DNA of 33,952 nt from Planctomycetota bacterium (GTDB taxonomy: Bacteria; Planctomycetota; SZUA-567; H5-PLA8). Below, piece after piece: positions 17,515-26,942 of this stretch. The notes below the pieces were generated by a model. That model did not search any database. It saw only the letters and a program-made list of their open reading frames with translations, and had not been told where the DNA came from. How positions within the stretch are numbered: position 1 is the stretch's first letter; each line of letters opens with the position of its first letter. The stretch spans positions 1 through 33,952 of the forward strand of contig JANXLS010000987.1 of assembly GCA_025355035.1 (NCBI GenBank), written 5' to 3'. The position numbers and the translations under genes are program-made.

Positions 17515-19941
17515 ATGATGCGGAATGCAGTCGTCTTCGCGTGGGTTCTTTCCGTCGGCGCGATGCTTGAAATGAATGCTGGCGAGCCGATTGATTTCTC
17601 GCACCAGATCGTGCCGATTCTGCGTGCGCATTGCGCGGAGTGCCATACCGGCGAAAAGAAAAAGGGCGGGTTTTCAATGAACACCCGCGAGTCGTTCATC
17701 GCGGGAGGCGAAGACGGAAAAGCGGTGGAGCTTGGCAACAGCGCAAAAAGCAAATTGATCGCGTCGGTCATTTCCACTGATCCCGACGCGCAGATGCCGC
17801 CGAAAGGTCCGCGCCTTTCTGCTGAAAAAATCGCACTGCTGAAAGCGTGGATTGACGCGCAATTGCCCTGGGACTCCGGTTTTGCGTTCAAGCGCCCGGC
17901 GTACGAACCGCCGTTGAAACCGCGTCGCCCGGAGTTGCCGCTCATAGTCGATGGGCGCGAAAACCCGGTCGATCGCATTCTGGATGCCTATCTCGCCAAG
18001 AACAAACTCTCCCGCACCGCGCCCATCGGCGATGCCGAATTCATGCGCCGCGTGTCGCTTGATCTGACTGGCTTGCTACCGGAGCCGGGGGCCCTCGAAA
18101 AGTTCGTCGCCGATGCGTCGCCGCAAAAACGTGCGTCGCTCGTTGAGAAATTGCTCGCGGACGACACGGCTTATGCAGAACACTGGATGACATTTTGGAA
18201 CGATCTGCTTCGCAACGATTATGCGGGGACGGGCTTCATCACGGGAGGGCGAAAGCAGATCAGCAAGTGGCTCTATAACGCGCTCTTGAACAACATGCCA
18301 TTTGATCAATTTGCGCGCGAATTGGTCGCTCCGCCCACGCCGGAAAGCGCCGGCTTTGGCGAAGGCATTCGTTGGCGCGGAACAGTCAGTGCGGGGCAGA
18401 CAGTCGAGATTCAATTCTCGCAGAGCGTCTCGCAATCGTTCCTCGGGATCAACATGAAATGCGCGTCCTGTCACGACAGTTTCATCGATCGCTGGAAGCT
18501 TGACGAAGCGTACGGACTCGCGGCCGTTTTCTCGACGACACCGTTGGAGATCAGCCGCTGCGACAAGCCCATTGGCAAGAACGCGAAAGCGGCGTGGCTC
18601 TTTCCGGAACTGGGACAGATCGATGCGTCGAAGCCCCAGCCTGAACGCTTGAAGCAGCTCGCGGCCTTGCTGACGCATCCTGAAAACGGTCGCTTCACGC
18701 GCACGATCGTCAATCGATTCTGGCACCGACTTATGGGGCGCGGAATTGTTCATCCGGTCGATGCGATGCAGGCGGAACCGTGGAACGCCGATTTGCTTGA
18801 TTTTCTGGCCATTGATTTTTCGGACAAGAAGTACGACTTGAAACACACGCTCCGCTTGATTTGTACATCGCAGGCGTATCAATCGAAAGTCGAGACATTG
18901 ACCAAAGCATCCGACGAGCACGGTTACGTGTACGCCGGCCCGCGCGCGCGACGGATGACAGCGGAGCAGTTCGTTGATGCCGTATGGAACATCTGCGATT
19001 CAGCCCCAGCGAAAATCGATGCGCCGATCACGCGCGGCAAGGCGGATTCGGAGGCGGTGAAGAATGTTGAATTGCGAGGGAAATGGTTGTGGTCTTATCC
19101 CGAAGGCTCGGACAACGTACCGAAGCCGGGCGAGACTATTACGCTTCGAAAAACAGTCGATTTGAAAGAAGTTCCAACGCGCGCGGGAGTCGTCGTTTCG
19201 GTGGACAATTCGTTTGTTCTTTACATCAACGGAACGAAGGTACTGGAAGGGAGCGACTGGTTCAATCCGCCGAGTGCGAGCATTGAGAAGTATCTTAAGA
19301 AGGGTGTGAACACATTTCTGCTCGTTGCTAAAAATGGCGGCGAACAACCGAACCCGGCAGCGGCGTTTCTGGAAGGCCGGGCGAAATTCGCGGATGGGAA
19401 GGAAGTTCAATTCGCCACGGATGAAACGTGGGAATGGACGAAGACGGCACCGGATGGCAAAGGACATTTCAAGAAAGAACCCGCCGATTGGAAACACGCG
19501 AGCGTGGTCAAATCGACTGCAGCGTGGGCGGAAACGGCGCACCCACTGTTGACTTCAAATCTCGCGACGGCTGTGTATGCGAAAGCGGGTATGGCTCGCG
19601 CGGCGCTGATGAAATGCAACGCGTTGATGAGCGCGCTGGGGCGTCCCAATCGCGATCAGATCGTGAGTGTTCGTCCCAGCGATCTGTCGACACTGGAAGC
19701 GATCGATCTCGCCAATGCCCAGACGCTTTCGGATATGCTGGCGAAAGGCGCGAAGAAGTTCGAAGCGGAGAGCGCGGAGAAAATTGCTCAGAGTCTTTAC
19801 CTTCAGGCGTTGTCACGCAAGCCTGCTGCAAGCGAGTTGGCGATCGCGCGCGAGGCGCTTGGGGAAAAACCGTCGGCGCAATCGATCCAGGATTTTATGT
19901 GGGCGGTATTTATGCTGCCGGAATTTCAGCTCGTCCGATGA
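17515..19941 (+). CDS. PSCyt1/DUF1549/DUF1553 (PSD1) family protein with an N-terminal c-type haem motif
   Basis: The listed start at 17512 is TTG, and ATG ATG follows at 17515. The N-terminus is signal-like. It has the CAECH haem motif (planctomycete cytochrome C domain), the DUF1549-like RRVSLDLTGLLPEP, the KCASCHDSFIDRWKLDEAYGLAAVF motif and a typical C-terminal end, FMLPEFQLVR. Confidence 0.9.
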   Translation: MMRNAVVFAWVLSVGAMLEMNAGEPIDFSHQIVPILRAHCAECHTGEKKKGGFSMNTRESFIAGGEDGKAVELGNSAKSKLIASVISTDPDAQMPPKGPRLSAEKIALLKAWIDAQLPWDSGFAFKRPAYEPPLKPRRPELPLIVDGRENPVDRILDAYLAKNKLSRTAPIGDAEFMRRVSLDLTGLLPEPGALEKFVADASPQKRASLVEKLLADDTAYAEHWMTFWNDLLRNDYAGTGFITGGRKQISKWLYNALLNNMPFDQFARELVAPPTPESAGFGEGIRWRGTVSAGQTVEIQFSQSVSQSFLGINMKCASCHDSFIDRWKLDEAYGLAAVFSTTPLEISRCDKPIGKNAKAAWLFPELGQIDASKPQPERLKQLAALLTHPENGRFTRTIVNRFWHRLMGRGIVHPVDAMQAEPWNADLLDFLAIDFSDKKYDLKHTLRLICTSQAYQSKVETLTKASDEHGYVYAGPRARRMTAEQFVDAVWNICDSAPAKIDAPITRGKADSEAVKNVELRGKWLWSYPEGSDNVPKPGETITLRKTVDLKEVPTRAGVVVSVDNSFVLYINGTKVLEGSDWFNPPSASIEKYLKKGVNTFLLVAKNGGEQPNPAAAFLEGRAKFADGKEVQFATDETWEWTKTAPDGKGHFKKEPADWKHASVVKSTAAWAETAHPLLTSNLATAVYAKAGMARAALMKCNALMSALGRPNRDQIVSVRPSDLSTLEAIDLANAQTLSDMLAKGAKKFEAESAEKIAQSLYLQALSRKPAASELAIAREALGEKPSAQSIQDFMWAVFMLPEFQLVR

Positions 19942-19973
19942 TGACTGTACGCCCTCCCATTTCGAGAGGAAAC

Positions 19974-21419
19974 ATGAAGAATACAACCGAAACCGAGCAC
20001 GGCACACGTCGCGATTTTTTGAAGGGTCTTTCGGCTGCTTCGCTTGCTGCGTTGATGGCGCAAGCGCCGAAATCGTTTGCTGACGAAAAGCCGATCGAGC
20101 ATCCGAAGCCGACGGCTGATGCGTGCATTTTGCTTTGGATGGCTGGCGGGATGGCTGCTCCGGACACGTTTGATCCGAAGCGATATTTGCCGTTTGAAGT
20201 CGGAACGGAAGTGAAGCGGATTCTGAGCACTTATCCGGCGATCAACACGTCGGTGGATCACATCAAGATTTGTCAGGGGCTTGAGAGCATTGCGAAAGTC
20301 ATGGATCGCGCGACGCTGATTCGCTCGGCGGTCCAACCTGACCTTGGCCACATTTTGCATTCGCGTCACCAGTATCATTGGCACACGGGATACGTTCCGC
20401 CGCAGACTGTGGCGGCTCCGCACATGGGTGCTTGGATGGCGAAAGTTCTTGGCGCGCGCAATCCTGTCATGCCGCCGTTCATCAGCATTGGGCAACGGCT
20501 CGAAGGTGTCGGCGAATCCGAGGAGTTGAAAGCGTTCACGACGGCGGGATTCTTTGGCAACGAATTCGGGCCGATGGTGCTTCCCTATCCGGATCAGGCG
20601 GCGCAATCGGTTCGACCGCCGAAGGGAATGGAAGGCGCGCGGTTCGAAAGCCGCAATGCGCTATTCCGAAAATTGATCGACAAAAACCCGCAGCGCGACT
20701 TCATCAGCGACTATCAGCAGGAATCGATGCTTCGATCGATGGAGAACGCTTACCGGCTGCTCAGTTCCAAAGAACGCGCTGCATTTGATATTTCGCTCGA
20801 ACCGAAGGAAAGCTACGACAAGTACAACACCAGCCGCTTCGGGCAGGGCTGTCTGCTCGCGCGGCGTCTTGTGGAATCCGGAGCGCGCTTTGTTGAAGTC
20901 ACGACGGAGTACGTTCCGTTTCTGAATTACGACACGCATGCCAACGGGCACACGACGATGGATCGAATGCACAAAGAGATCGATCATCCGGTTGCCCAGC
21001 TCATTCATGATCTCGAAACGCGCGGGCTGTTGAATCGGACGCTGGTCGTGATCGCCAGCGAATTCAGCCGCGATATGCTGGTCGAAGGCGTCCCGGGATC
21101 TTCGGCGAAGGATCAGGCGACTGATGGAAAAGTGGACATTATCAAGGAGATGAAGCATTACGGGCTCCACCGCCATTTTACTGGCGGGACGTCTGTGGTG
21201 ATGTTTGGCGGCGGCATGAAAAAGGGATTTTTGTACGGCGAAACCGCAGTAGAACGGCCGCTGCTGGCGATTAAAAACCCGGTCTCCGTCGCCGATCTTC
21301 ATGCGACGATTTACACTGCGATGGGCATCAGCCCGAAGACAGCGTTCGACATTGAAAAGCGGCCGTTTTATGCGACGCAGGACGGGAAAGGCGTTGCGGT
21401 GAAGGACGTGTTTGCGTAA
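19974..21419 (+). CDS. DUF1501 domain-containing protein (sulfatase-like fold), Tat signal
   Basis: The ATG at 19974 is preceded by GAGAGGA. An alternative ATGATGA start at 19938 overlaps the upstream stop. The Tat-type signal is TRRDFLKGLSAASLAALMAQAPKSFA. This is the usual genomic partner of PSCyt/DUF1553 proteins. Confidence 0.9.
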   Translation: MKNTTETEHGTRRDFLKGLSAASLAALMAQAPKSFADEKPIEHPKPTADACILLWMAGGMAAPDTFDPKRYLPFEVGTEVKRILSTYPAINTSVDHIKICQGLESIAKVMDRATLIRSAVQPDLGHILHSRHQYHWHTGYVPPQTVAAPHMGAWMAKVLGARNPVMPPFISIGQRLEGVGESEELKAFTTAGFFGNEFGPMVLPYPDQAAQSVRPPKGMEGARFESRNALFRKLIDKNPQRDFISDYQQESMLRSMENAYRLLSSKERAAFDISLEPKESYDKYNTSRFGQGCLLARRLVESGARFVEVTTEYVPFLNYDTHANGHTTMDRMHKEIDHPVAQLIHDLETRGLLNRTLVVIASEFSRDMLVEGVPGSSAKDQATDGKVDIIKEMKHYGLHRHFTGGTSVVMFGGGMKKGFLYGETAVERPLLAIKNPVSVADLHATIYTAMGISPKTAFDIEKRPFYATQDGKGVAVKDVFA

Positions 21420-21510
21420 GGCCGTTCAACAGGGCGTTTCGCTGCGGTGTAATCCAGAATAAAAGCGGGGCCGCGATGGCTTTGCACACCCTTTTTAAAG
21501 AGAGTCATTT

Positions 21511-22464
21511 ATGAACAGACGCGACATGTTGGTCCGATCCGGCGTTGCAGTGGCCGGGCTGGGGTTCCTCAATTTTCCGAGGGGCTGGGCGGACGAAAAA
21601 GACGGCCCGAAGCGCAAGCTGCTTTTCTTCACGAAGTCGTCGGGGTTCGAACATTCCTCGATCAAACGCAAGAAGGACAAGGACGGAAAAGAAGAACTCA
21701 GCCACGCTGAAAAGATCGTGACTGAATTGGGCTCGAAGCACAATTTCGAGGTTACGTGTTCGAAGGATGGCGGCCTCTTTTCGCCGGGCAAGATCGAACA
21801 GTTTGATGCGTTCCTCTTTTACACGACCGGCGATCTGACTGAAGCGGGGACCGATAAGAATCCGCCGATGACGGCTGAAGGGAAAGCGGCGTTTTTGGAT
21901 GCGATCAAGAACGGCAAAGGATTCGCCGGGACGCACAGCGCGACGGATACGTTTCACAGCCCAGGCAACAAAGGGCATGGCCCGGCGCGCTTCAAGCAGG
22001 ATGGCGAGCAGTGCGATCCGTATGTCGCGATGATCGGAGCGGAATTCATCGTCCACGGCAAGCAGCAGAAAGCCAAGATGACTTGCGTCGACAGCGCGTT
22101 CCCCGGCATGACGGAGGCGAAAGACGGATTTGAGATGCAGGAAGAATGGTACGCGCTGAAGAACCACGCGGCGAACCTGCACGTCCTCCTCGTCCATGAA
22201 ACTGCGGGCATGGAAGGCAACATGTACGCCCGTCCGCCGTTCCCGGCGACGTGGGCTCGGCAACATGGGAAAGGCCGCGTCTTCTACACGTCGATGGGGC
22301 ACCGCGAAGATGTCTGGAGCAACCCGCTCTTTCAGGGTATTTTGCTGGGCGGGTTATCGTACGCTTTCGGGAACGTCCAGCCGGACGTGACGCCGAATCT
22401 TGAAAAAGTCTGCCCGCAATACACGGAGACCGGGAAGGAAGATCCGCCGAAGGCGAAGAAGTAG
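21511..22464 (+). CDS. ThuA domain-containing protein, Tat/Sec signal
   Basis: The N-terminus is NRRDMLVRSGVAVAGLGFLNFPRGWA. ThuA-like motifs are KLLFFTKSSGFEHSSI, FLFYTTGDL, GFAGTHSATDTF and WARQHGKGRVFYTSMGH. Confidence 0.9.
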   Translation: MNRRDMLVRSGVAVAGLGFLNFPRGWADEKDGPKRKLLFFTKSSGFEHSSIKRKKDKDGKEELSHAEKIVTELGSKHNFEVTCSKDGGLFSPGKIEQFDAFLFYTTGDLTEAGTDKNPPMTAEGKAAFLDAIKNGKGFAGTHSATDTFHSPGNKGHGPARFKQDGEQCDPYVAMIGAEFIVHGKQQKAKMTCVDSAFPGMTEAKDGFEMQEEWYALKNHAANLHVLLVHETAGMEGNMYARPPFPATWARQHGKGRVFYTSMGHREDVWSNPLFQGILLGGLSYAFGNVQPDVTPNLEKVCPQYTETGKEDPPKAKK

Positions 22465-22480
22465 GGACAGCGATTCGTGC

Positions 22481-22508
22481 GGCCGCCCCGAACATGGGCG
22501 GGGCGGCC
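22481..22508. terminator. GC-rich hairpin between convergent genes (possible bidirectional terminator)
   Basis: ggccgcccc (22481-22489) pairs perfectly with ggggcggcc (22500-22508) around a 10-nt loop. It lies between the ThuA stop (22464) and the SDR stop (22560). Confidence 0.5.
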
Positions 22509-22559
22509 CAAACAGTTTCATGCGCAGCGTGTCACCGATTCCAGATCGCAGGCAGAGCG

Positions 22560-24056
22560 TTATTGTTTAACGGTTCCAAGCGCAGACGTGTTCGCGGCCG
22601 ACTCGGCGGTTGTGCGAATTCCGTTGAGCATGCCGCCGAAGACTATTTCATGAAATGGAAGGACTGCGAACCAATACAGGATTCCAAGCAGGCCTCTCGG
22701 ACGAAAACGGGCCGTCATCGTCAGTTTCGTCGTGGCGCCGTCTGGCTCGGGCGCGAGCTCGAAATTCAGCATCGCAATTCCGGGCAATTTCATTTCCGCA
22801 AGAAGCGAGAGCGATCGATTCTGATCGACGCCCACGACGCGCCAGAAATCGAGCGCTTCGCCGAATTCCACTCGCTCGGCATTGCGACGTCCACGGCGTA
22901 GTCCCGGGCCGCCGACTAACGTGTCCATCCAGCCTCGGATGCGCCAAAGGATGTCCCCAGCGTACCATCCGTTTCCACCGCCAATGCGGCAGACGGAGGC
23001 GAAGGCGAAACGGGGTTCCGCCTTGATTAGCACCGAACGCTGATCTGTGTATACGGTCCCGCCCGCCCACGTCGGGTCTCCCGGGATTGGGCCCGCCGCA
23101 GACCAGCGCGTATCGACGTCGTTGGCCTCTATTTTCCGCAGTGCGCGGTGGATCGCTTCTCGAACACCCAAAGCCGGATGGGGCATGAGTCGCTGCGTTT
23201 CGCCGTCGGTCATGACCACGCGGTTTCGCAGCCCTTCAGCCAGCGGCCGCGCGATTCGGAATGACACCGGCGTGACTAAACTGATCCAGAGTGAACTGAG
23301 CCGTGGCGTCAGGATGGGCACGGGGATGATCAGTCGTTTTGCCAGATGAAGTTCTTCGGCCATGATTCGCATTAAACCCAAGTAGGGCAGGACATCGGGG
23401 CCGCCGATCTCCAGGGTTTTGCCACTTGTTTCGGGGACCGCCAAACAGGTCACGAGCCAATGAAGCACGTCGGAGATGGCGACGGGTTGCGATTCGGTTT
23501 TGACCCAAGAAGGGGTGACCATGACCGGCAAACGTTCAACGAGATAACGCAAAATTTCAAACGACGCCGAACCTGAACCGATGATCATGGCGGCTCTGAA
23601 GGTCGTCACCGGAACGCCGGTCGATGCCAGGGCCGATTCCACCTCGCGCCGGGAGCGAAGGTGCTGGCTGAGGCCCTCACCCATTTCCCCAAGACCGCCC
23701 AGGTAAATGATTCGCTCGAGGCCCGTGCGAGCCGCTGCTTGTGCGAAATTGTTTGCCAGGATACGGTCGTGCTCCGCATACGATCCGCCCGTCGCTTCCA
23801 TCGAGTGGACCAGATAGAACGCAGCAGCGCAGCCTTGCAGTTGACTGGCCAGTGCGTCCACGTCGGCCATGTCGCCCTTCTCGACGGAGACACCTGGGTT
23901 CGAGCGCCACGGACGGTCTTGAAGTTTGCGCGGTTCACGTGCGAGGCATCGAACCGTGTAGCCTTCTTTCAACAACGCGGGTACGAGGCGGCCGCCTACG
24001 TACCCACTTGCTCCGGTCACGAAGATCGGCTTTTCGTTTGGCGCTTGCGCATTCAC
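22560..24056 (-). CDS. NAD(P)-binding SDR/NmrA-like oxidoreductase fused to a DUF2867-like C-terminal domain
   Basis: A GTG start at 24054-24056 is preceded by AAGGAG at about 9 nt. The Rossmann motif is IFVTGASGYVGGRLV. The C-terminal half (GNGWYAGDILWRIRGWMD...) resembles DUF2867. Confidence 0.85.
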   Translation of the reverse strand: MNAQAPNEKPIFVTGASGYVGGRLVPALLKEGYTVRCLAREPRKLQDRPWRSNPGVSVEKGDMADVDALASQLQGCAAAFYLVHSMEATGGSYAEHDRILANNFAQAAARTGLERIIYLGGLGEMGEGLSQHLRSRREVESALASTGVPVTTFRAAMIIGSGSASFEILRYLVERLPVMVTPSWVKTESQPVAISDVLHWLVTCLAVPETSGKTLEIGGPDVLPYLGLMRIMAEELHLAKRLIIPVPILTPRLSSLWISLVTPVSFRIARPLAEGLRNRVVMTDGETQRLMPHPALGVREAIHRALRKIEANDVDTRWSAAGPIPGDPTWAGGTVYTDQRSVLIKAEPRFAFASVCRIGGGNGWYAGDILWRIRGWMDTLVGGPGLRRGRRNAERVEFGEALDFWRVVGVDQNRSLSLLAEMKLPGIAMLNFELAPEPDGATTKLTMTARFRPRGLLGILYWFAVLPFHEIVFGGMLNGIRTTAESAANTSALGTVKQ

Positions 24057-24333
24057 CGAACGTCGCTCCTTTGTCGCTTCTATGGCAGAAATGGCTGCAC
24101 GATCAGGCTCGGATGCGGAAAGACTTCAACTGGTCCGAACCAAGCTATCCGAATCATCACACGCAAACCAGCGCGTTCAATAATCGTTTGGACTGGTTTT
24201 GCGAACGAGACCCAGAATCGCCTCAGTAGGAATAACGTTCCCAGTCTACTGACTCCCAGGATAATTTCCTGTTGGTCTGCCACAAGAGAGACTGGCTGTC
24301 CGTCTACCGCGCCTTCAAGACGACCAGCCAAAA

Positions 24334-24543
24334 TTAGTTTGGGCTATTGACCCTGTCTTTGGTGCTGATCTTCAGCTTGCCGTTCAAGACCCATTCTGCA
24401 TGCTCGGGGGCCGCGCCGGTGCCGCTGGGAATCTTGACGTGCATGTCTTCGAGGGCATAGGTGATCTCAGCGTTTCGTCCGGTCAATCGTTCGTACAGGC
24501 CCATGGCAAGATCGGGCCAATTGGTCGTGTGTTCAGCAGCCAT
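24334..24543 (-). CDS. Small hypothetical protein (69 aa)
   Basis: The ATG is preceded by GGAGA. By my hand count, G/C at the third position is about 70 percent, like the core genes. I recognise no family. Confidence 0.65.
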   Translation of the reverse strand: MAAEHTTNWPDLAMGLYERLTGRNAEITYALEDMHVKIPSGTGAAPEHAEWVLNGKLKISTKDRVNSPN

Positions 24544-24759
24544 TGTGATCTCCTAAATTAAGATTAAAAAAGTTATCTATGCAACCGTTATTTTGGTGTT
24601 CTTCATTTCGTTCCGGGAATCATTTGTTCGGAAGGAGCCCCGGAATGCGCCTGGGATGCGAGGGTAAATTTCGCAGCCACCTTTCGTTTCGACGCGAGGG
24701 AAAATTAATCGAAACGTTCAGCGCACTCCGGGACCCGTTGAGGAGTCCGGTGACAGGGA

Positions 24760-25269
24760 CTACTTCGGAATGACAACGGAGTCGATTACGTGAATCACGC
24801 CGTTCGTGCAGGCGATATCCGTCTTGACTACTTTGGCATTGTCGATCATGACGCCGCCATCGACCTTGACCGTCAGAGACTTGCCGTTGACCGTCTTGGC
24901 TTCGGTGATCTTCACGACGTCCGCCGCCATGACTTTACCGGCTACGACGTGATAGGTGAGAATGGCGACAAGCTTTTCCTTGTTTTCGGGCTTCAGCAAC
25001 GTTTCGACGGTCCCGGCGGGGAGTTTTGCGAAAGCTTCGTCCGTCGGCGCGAAAACGGTAAACGGACCGGCTCCTTTCAGCGTCTCGACCAAACCTGCGG
25101 CCTTGACGGCAGCAACCAGCGTTTTGAATGAGCCTGCAGCGACAGCGGTATCGACGATGTCTTTTGCTTCGGCGGGAGCCTTGGTCAAAGGGCAATCTGC
25201 GGCGAACAACGAGACGCTTGCGACTGCCAGCACCAAACAACACAACACGGCTTTCATGCTTTTCTTCAC
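24760..25269 (-). CDS. Fasciclin (FAS1) domain-containing secreted protein
   Basis: A GTG start is preceded by AAGGAG at 7 nt. The signal peptide is [26 protein letters not shown]1 motifs are [26 protein letters not shown] and [10 protein letters not shown]. Confidence 0.9.
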   Translation of the reverse strand: MKKSMKAVLCCLVLAVASVSLFAADCPLTKAPAEAKDIVDTAVAAGSFKTLVAAVKAAGLVETLKGAGPFTVFAPTDEAFAKLPAGTVETLLKPENKEKLVAILTYHVVAGKVMAADVVKITEAKTVNGKSLTVKVDGGVMIDNAKVVKTDIACTNGVIHVIDSVVIPK

Positions 25270-25463
25270 GGTACGACTCCTTTTAAAAACAGACCTCGAT
25301 GACTCTGAGGCAATTACTGTTCCGCCGACACAATGCCGGTAGAAGTACGAAAATTCACTTCACTCCTTCCCTGTTTGAGTGGACTGCGCGCTAAATGAAG
25401 GTGTGCCATCCATGTACTGCGGCGTACGGCACAGAACACATTCCACTCTTGATACACGTCTTT

Positions 25464-25484
25464 AATTCGTTCAAAACGTTCATT
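25464..25484 (+). promoter_or_regulatory. Candidate operator, site 1: aattCGTTCAaaaCGTTCAtt
   Basis: This 21-mer recurs with one mismatch at 25526-25546. It contains a tandem CGTTCA-N3-CGTTCA direct repeat with a 9-bp period. Confidence 0.35.
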
Positions 25485-25525
25485 GCAGACATAGAGTACC
25501 CGGCGCGAGGTTCGGAGTCAAATTA

Positions 25526-25546
25526 AATTCGTTCAAATCGTTCATT
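25526..25546 (+). promoter_or_regulatory. Candidate operator, site 2: aattCGTTCAaatCGTTCAtt
   Basis: It matches site 1 at 20 of 21 positions and lies 62 bp downstream of it in the same orientation. Confidence 0.35.
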
Positions 25547-25668
25547 TATTTATTGACTCATTGTAAATCATTCATGCTGTGAGCATTACCTGTTTTAACA
25601 ATTTTCATCTGTAGAAAGTTAAGGATTGATTTATCTGATTCGATCGAGTAAGCTCTTAAAATGCATCG

Positions 25669-25691
25669 TATAATCGTTCATTTCGTCCATT
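25669..25691 (+). promoter_or_regulatory. TATAAT -10-like hexamer abutting candidate operator site 3 (CGTTCAtttCGTCCA), upstream of uvdE
   Basis: TATAAT is at 25669-25674, about 55 nt upstream of the uvdE ATG. CGTTCA-N3-CGTCCA follows at 25674-25688. I found no convincing -35 element. Confidence 0.3.
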
Positions 25692-25728
25692 CTGCGCCGT
25701 AAAACAACCTAAACTGGAGAAAATCAGG

Positions 25729-26619
25729 ATGCGACTTGGCCTCTGCTGCATGTTTCGCGACCAGCCTATCAAATTTCCGACGACGACGGTTACTGCGATT
25801 TCCAAGATGAAGCGGCCGGAGGCGCTGGCGAAGTTGAATCGATTGTGTTTGGAAAACGCGGCGGCGCTGCTTGCGGCGCTTCAGTATTGCGCGGCGAACG
25901 GGATTGGCTGCTTCCGAATCAACAGTCAGATTCTGCCGATCAAAACGCATCCGGAGTGCGGATACAATCTCAGTGATCTCCCCGATGACGCGGAAATCAT
26001 TCGGAGTTTTCGCGCGTGTGGGCGTTTCGCGAAGACGAATCGCCTCCGAACGTGTTTTCATCCGGACCAATTTGTGGTGCTCAATTCGCAGCGCCCGGAT
26101 GTGGTTGAGAAATCGATTTTGGAACTGGAATACCAGGCGGAAGTGGCCGAGTGGGTCGGGGCCGATGTCATGAACATTCACGGTGGCGGAGCGTACGGCA
26201 ATAAAGCGCAGGCGCTGGGTGATTTCGCCCGTGCGCTGGACCGCCTGTCCGAGCGAGCGCGTTGTCGCATCACTGTTGAAAACGACGATAAATTGTTTAC
26301 TCCCGCCGACCTGCTTCCCGTCTGCCGGGACAGCGGTATTCCGCTGGTTTACGACGCTCACCATCATCGCTGCAATCCGGACGGCCAATCGATCGAGGAA
26401 ACAACGCAGCTCGCGGTCGCCACTTGGACGCGCGAACCGCTGTTCCACATCTCCAGCCCGCTAGAGGGATGGACGGGCCCGAAACCCGAGCGACATCACG
26501 ATTTTATTGACTCGACCGATTTTCCAACGTGCTGGCGTGCGTTGGACATTACGGTTGAAGTGGAGGCGAAAGCGAAGGAGGCGGCGGTGTTGAAGTTGAA
26601 GAAGGAACTCGCGGGATAG
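25729..26619 (+). CDS. uvdE: UV damage endonuclease (UvdE/UvsE family)
   Basis: The N-terminus is MRLGLCCMF. The TIM-barrel endonuclease pattern includes FHPDQFVVLNS, NIHGGGAYGNK, ITVENDD and YDAHHH. Confidence 0.9.
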   Translation: MRLGLCCMFRDQPIKFPTTTVTAISKMKRPEALAKLNRLCLENAAALLAALQYCAANGIGCFRINSQILPIKTHPECGYNLSDLPDDAEIIRSFRACGRFAKTNRLRTCFHPDQFVVLNSQRPDVVEKSILELEYQAEVAEWVGADVMNIHGGGAYGNKAQALGDFARALDRLSERARCRITVENDDKLFTPADLLPVCRDSGIPLVYDAHHHRCNPDGQSIEETTQLAVATWTREPLFHISSPLEGWTGPKPERHHDFIDSTDFPTCWRALDITVEVEAKAKEAAVLKLKKELAG

Positions 26620-26683
26620 GCTGAAATTCAAAGCGAAATGCAATCCTCTCTGAAACCGAAACTTTCTTTTTTCACGCAGAGAC

Positions 26684-26760
26684 GCAGAGCAGCTAAAGGC
26701 TCGCACTCTCCCCTCACCCCGCGCATGAGTACATGCGGCGGCTCGCGAAAGCTCGCTACA
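26684..26760. repeat. REP-like element, copy B (modules 1 and 3; lacks hairpin 2)
   Basis: The segment cgcactctcccctcaccccg + cgcatg-agta-catgcg matches copy A. It is followed by ggctcgcgaaagctcgcta, which matches ggctcgctgggctcgcta in copy D. A cacgcagagacgcagag motif precedes it. Confidence 0.6.
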
Positions 26761-26942
26761 ACTTTGGCGTTGCCTTCACCCGTCCATTGCGCAGCCGATG
26801 TTACGGATTGCGCAAAAGATTATAACGACTAACGATTCTTGGTGACAATCGCGAATGTGCGGCCTATATACGATTCAGTGGACGTTGGCACATTCAATTC
26901 AGATTTGGTAAAGAGCATTTACTTTACTGGGAGGGGCTGGAC

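Noticed and set aside
19428-19973. A 5' extension of the DUF1501 ORF, listed as starting at 19428.
   Set aside because: It overlaps the 3' end of the PSCyt gene in another frame. The Tat signal peptide and a GAGAGGA ribosome-binding site define the real start at 19974, or at the earliest the ATGATGA at 19938.
24080-24331. An 83-aa minus-strand ORF that exactly fills the gap between the 69-aa gene and the SDR gene.
   Set aside because: It has a TTG start and no ribosome-binding site. By my hand count, G/C at the third position is about 48 percent, against about 71 percent in the adjacent 69-aa gene. It has no recognisable motif. Coding is possible but unsupported.
24700-24759. A possible terminator hairpin downstream of the fasciclin gene (ccggactcc...ggagtgcg on the minus strand).
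   Set aside because: The stem is only 8 bp with a mismatch, the loop is 12 nt, and there is no U-tract. This is too weak to call.
25464-25691. Interpreting the CGTTCA repeats as a known LexA box.
   Set aside because: Known LexA motifs I can recall are palindromes (GAAC-N4-GTTC, CTGT-N8-ACAG, TGTTC-N4-GAACA) or the alphaproteobacterial direct repeat GTTC-N7-GTTC. Here the GTTC cores are separated by 5 nt. It matches none of them and remains an unassigned candidate operator.
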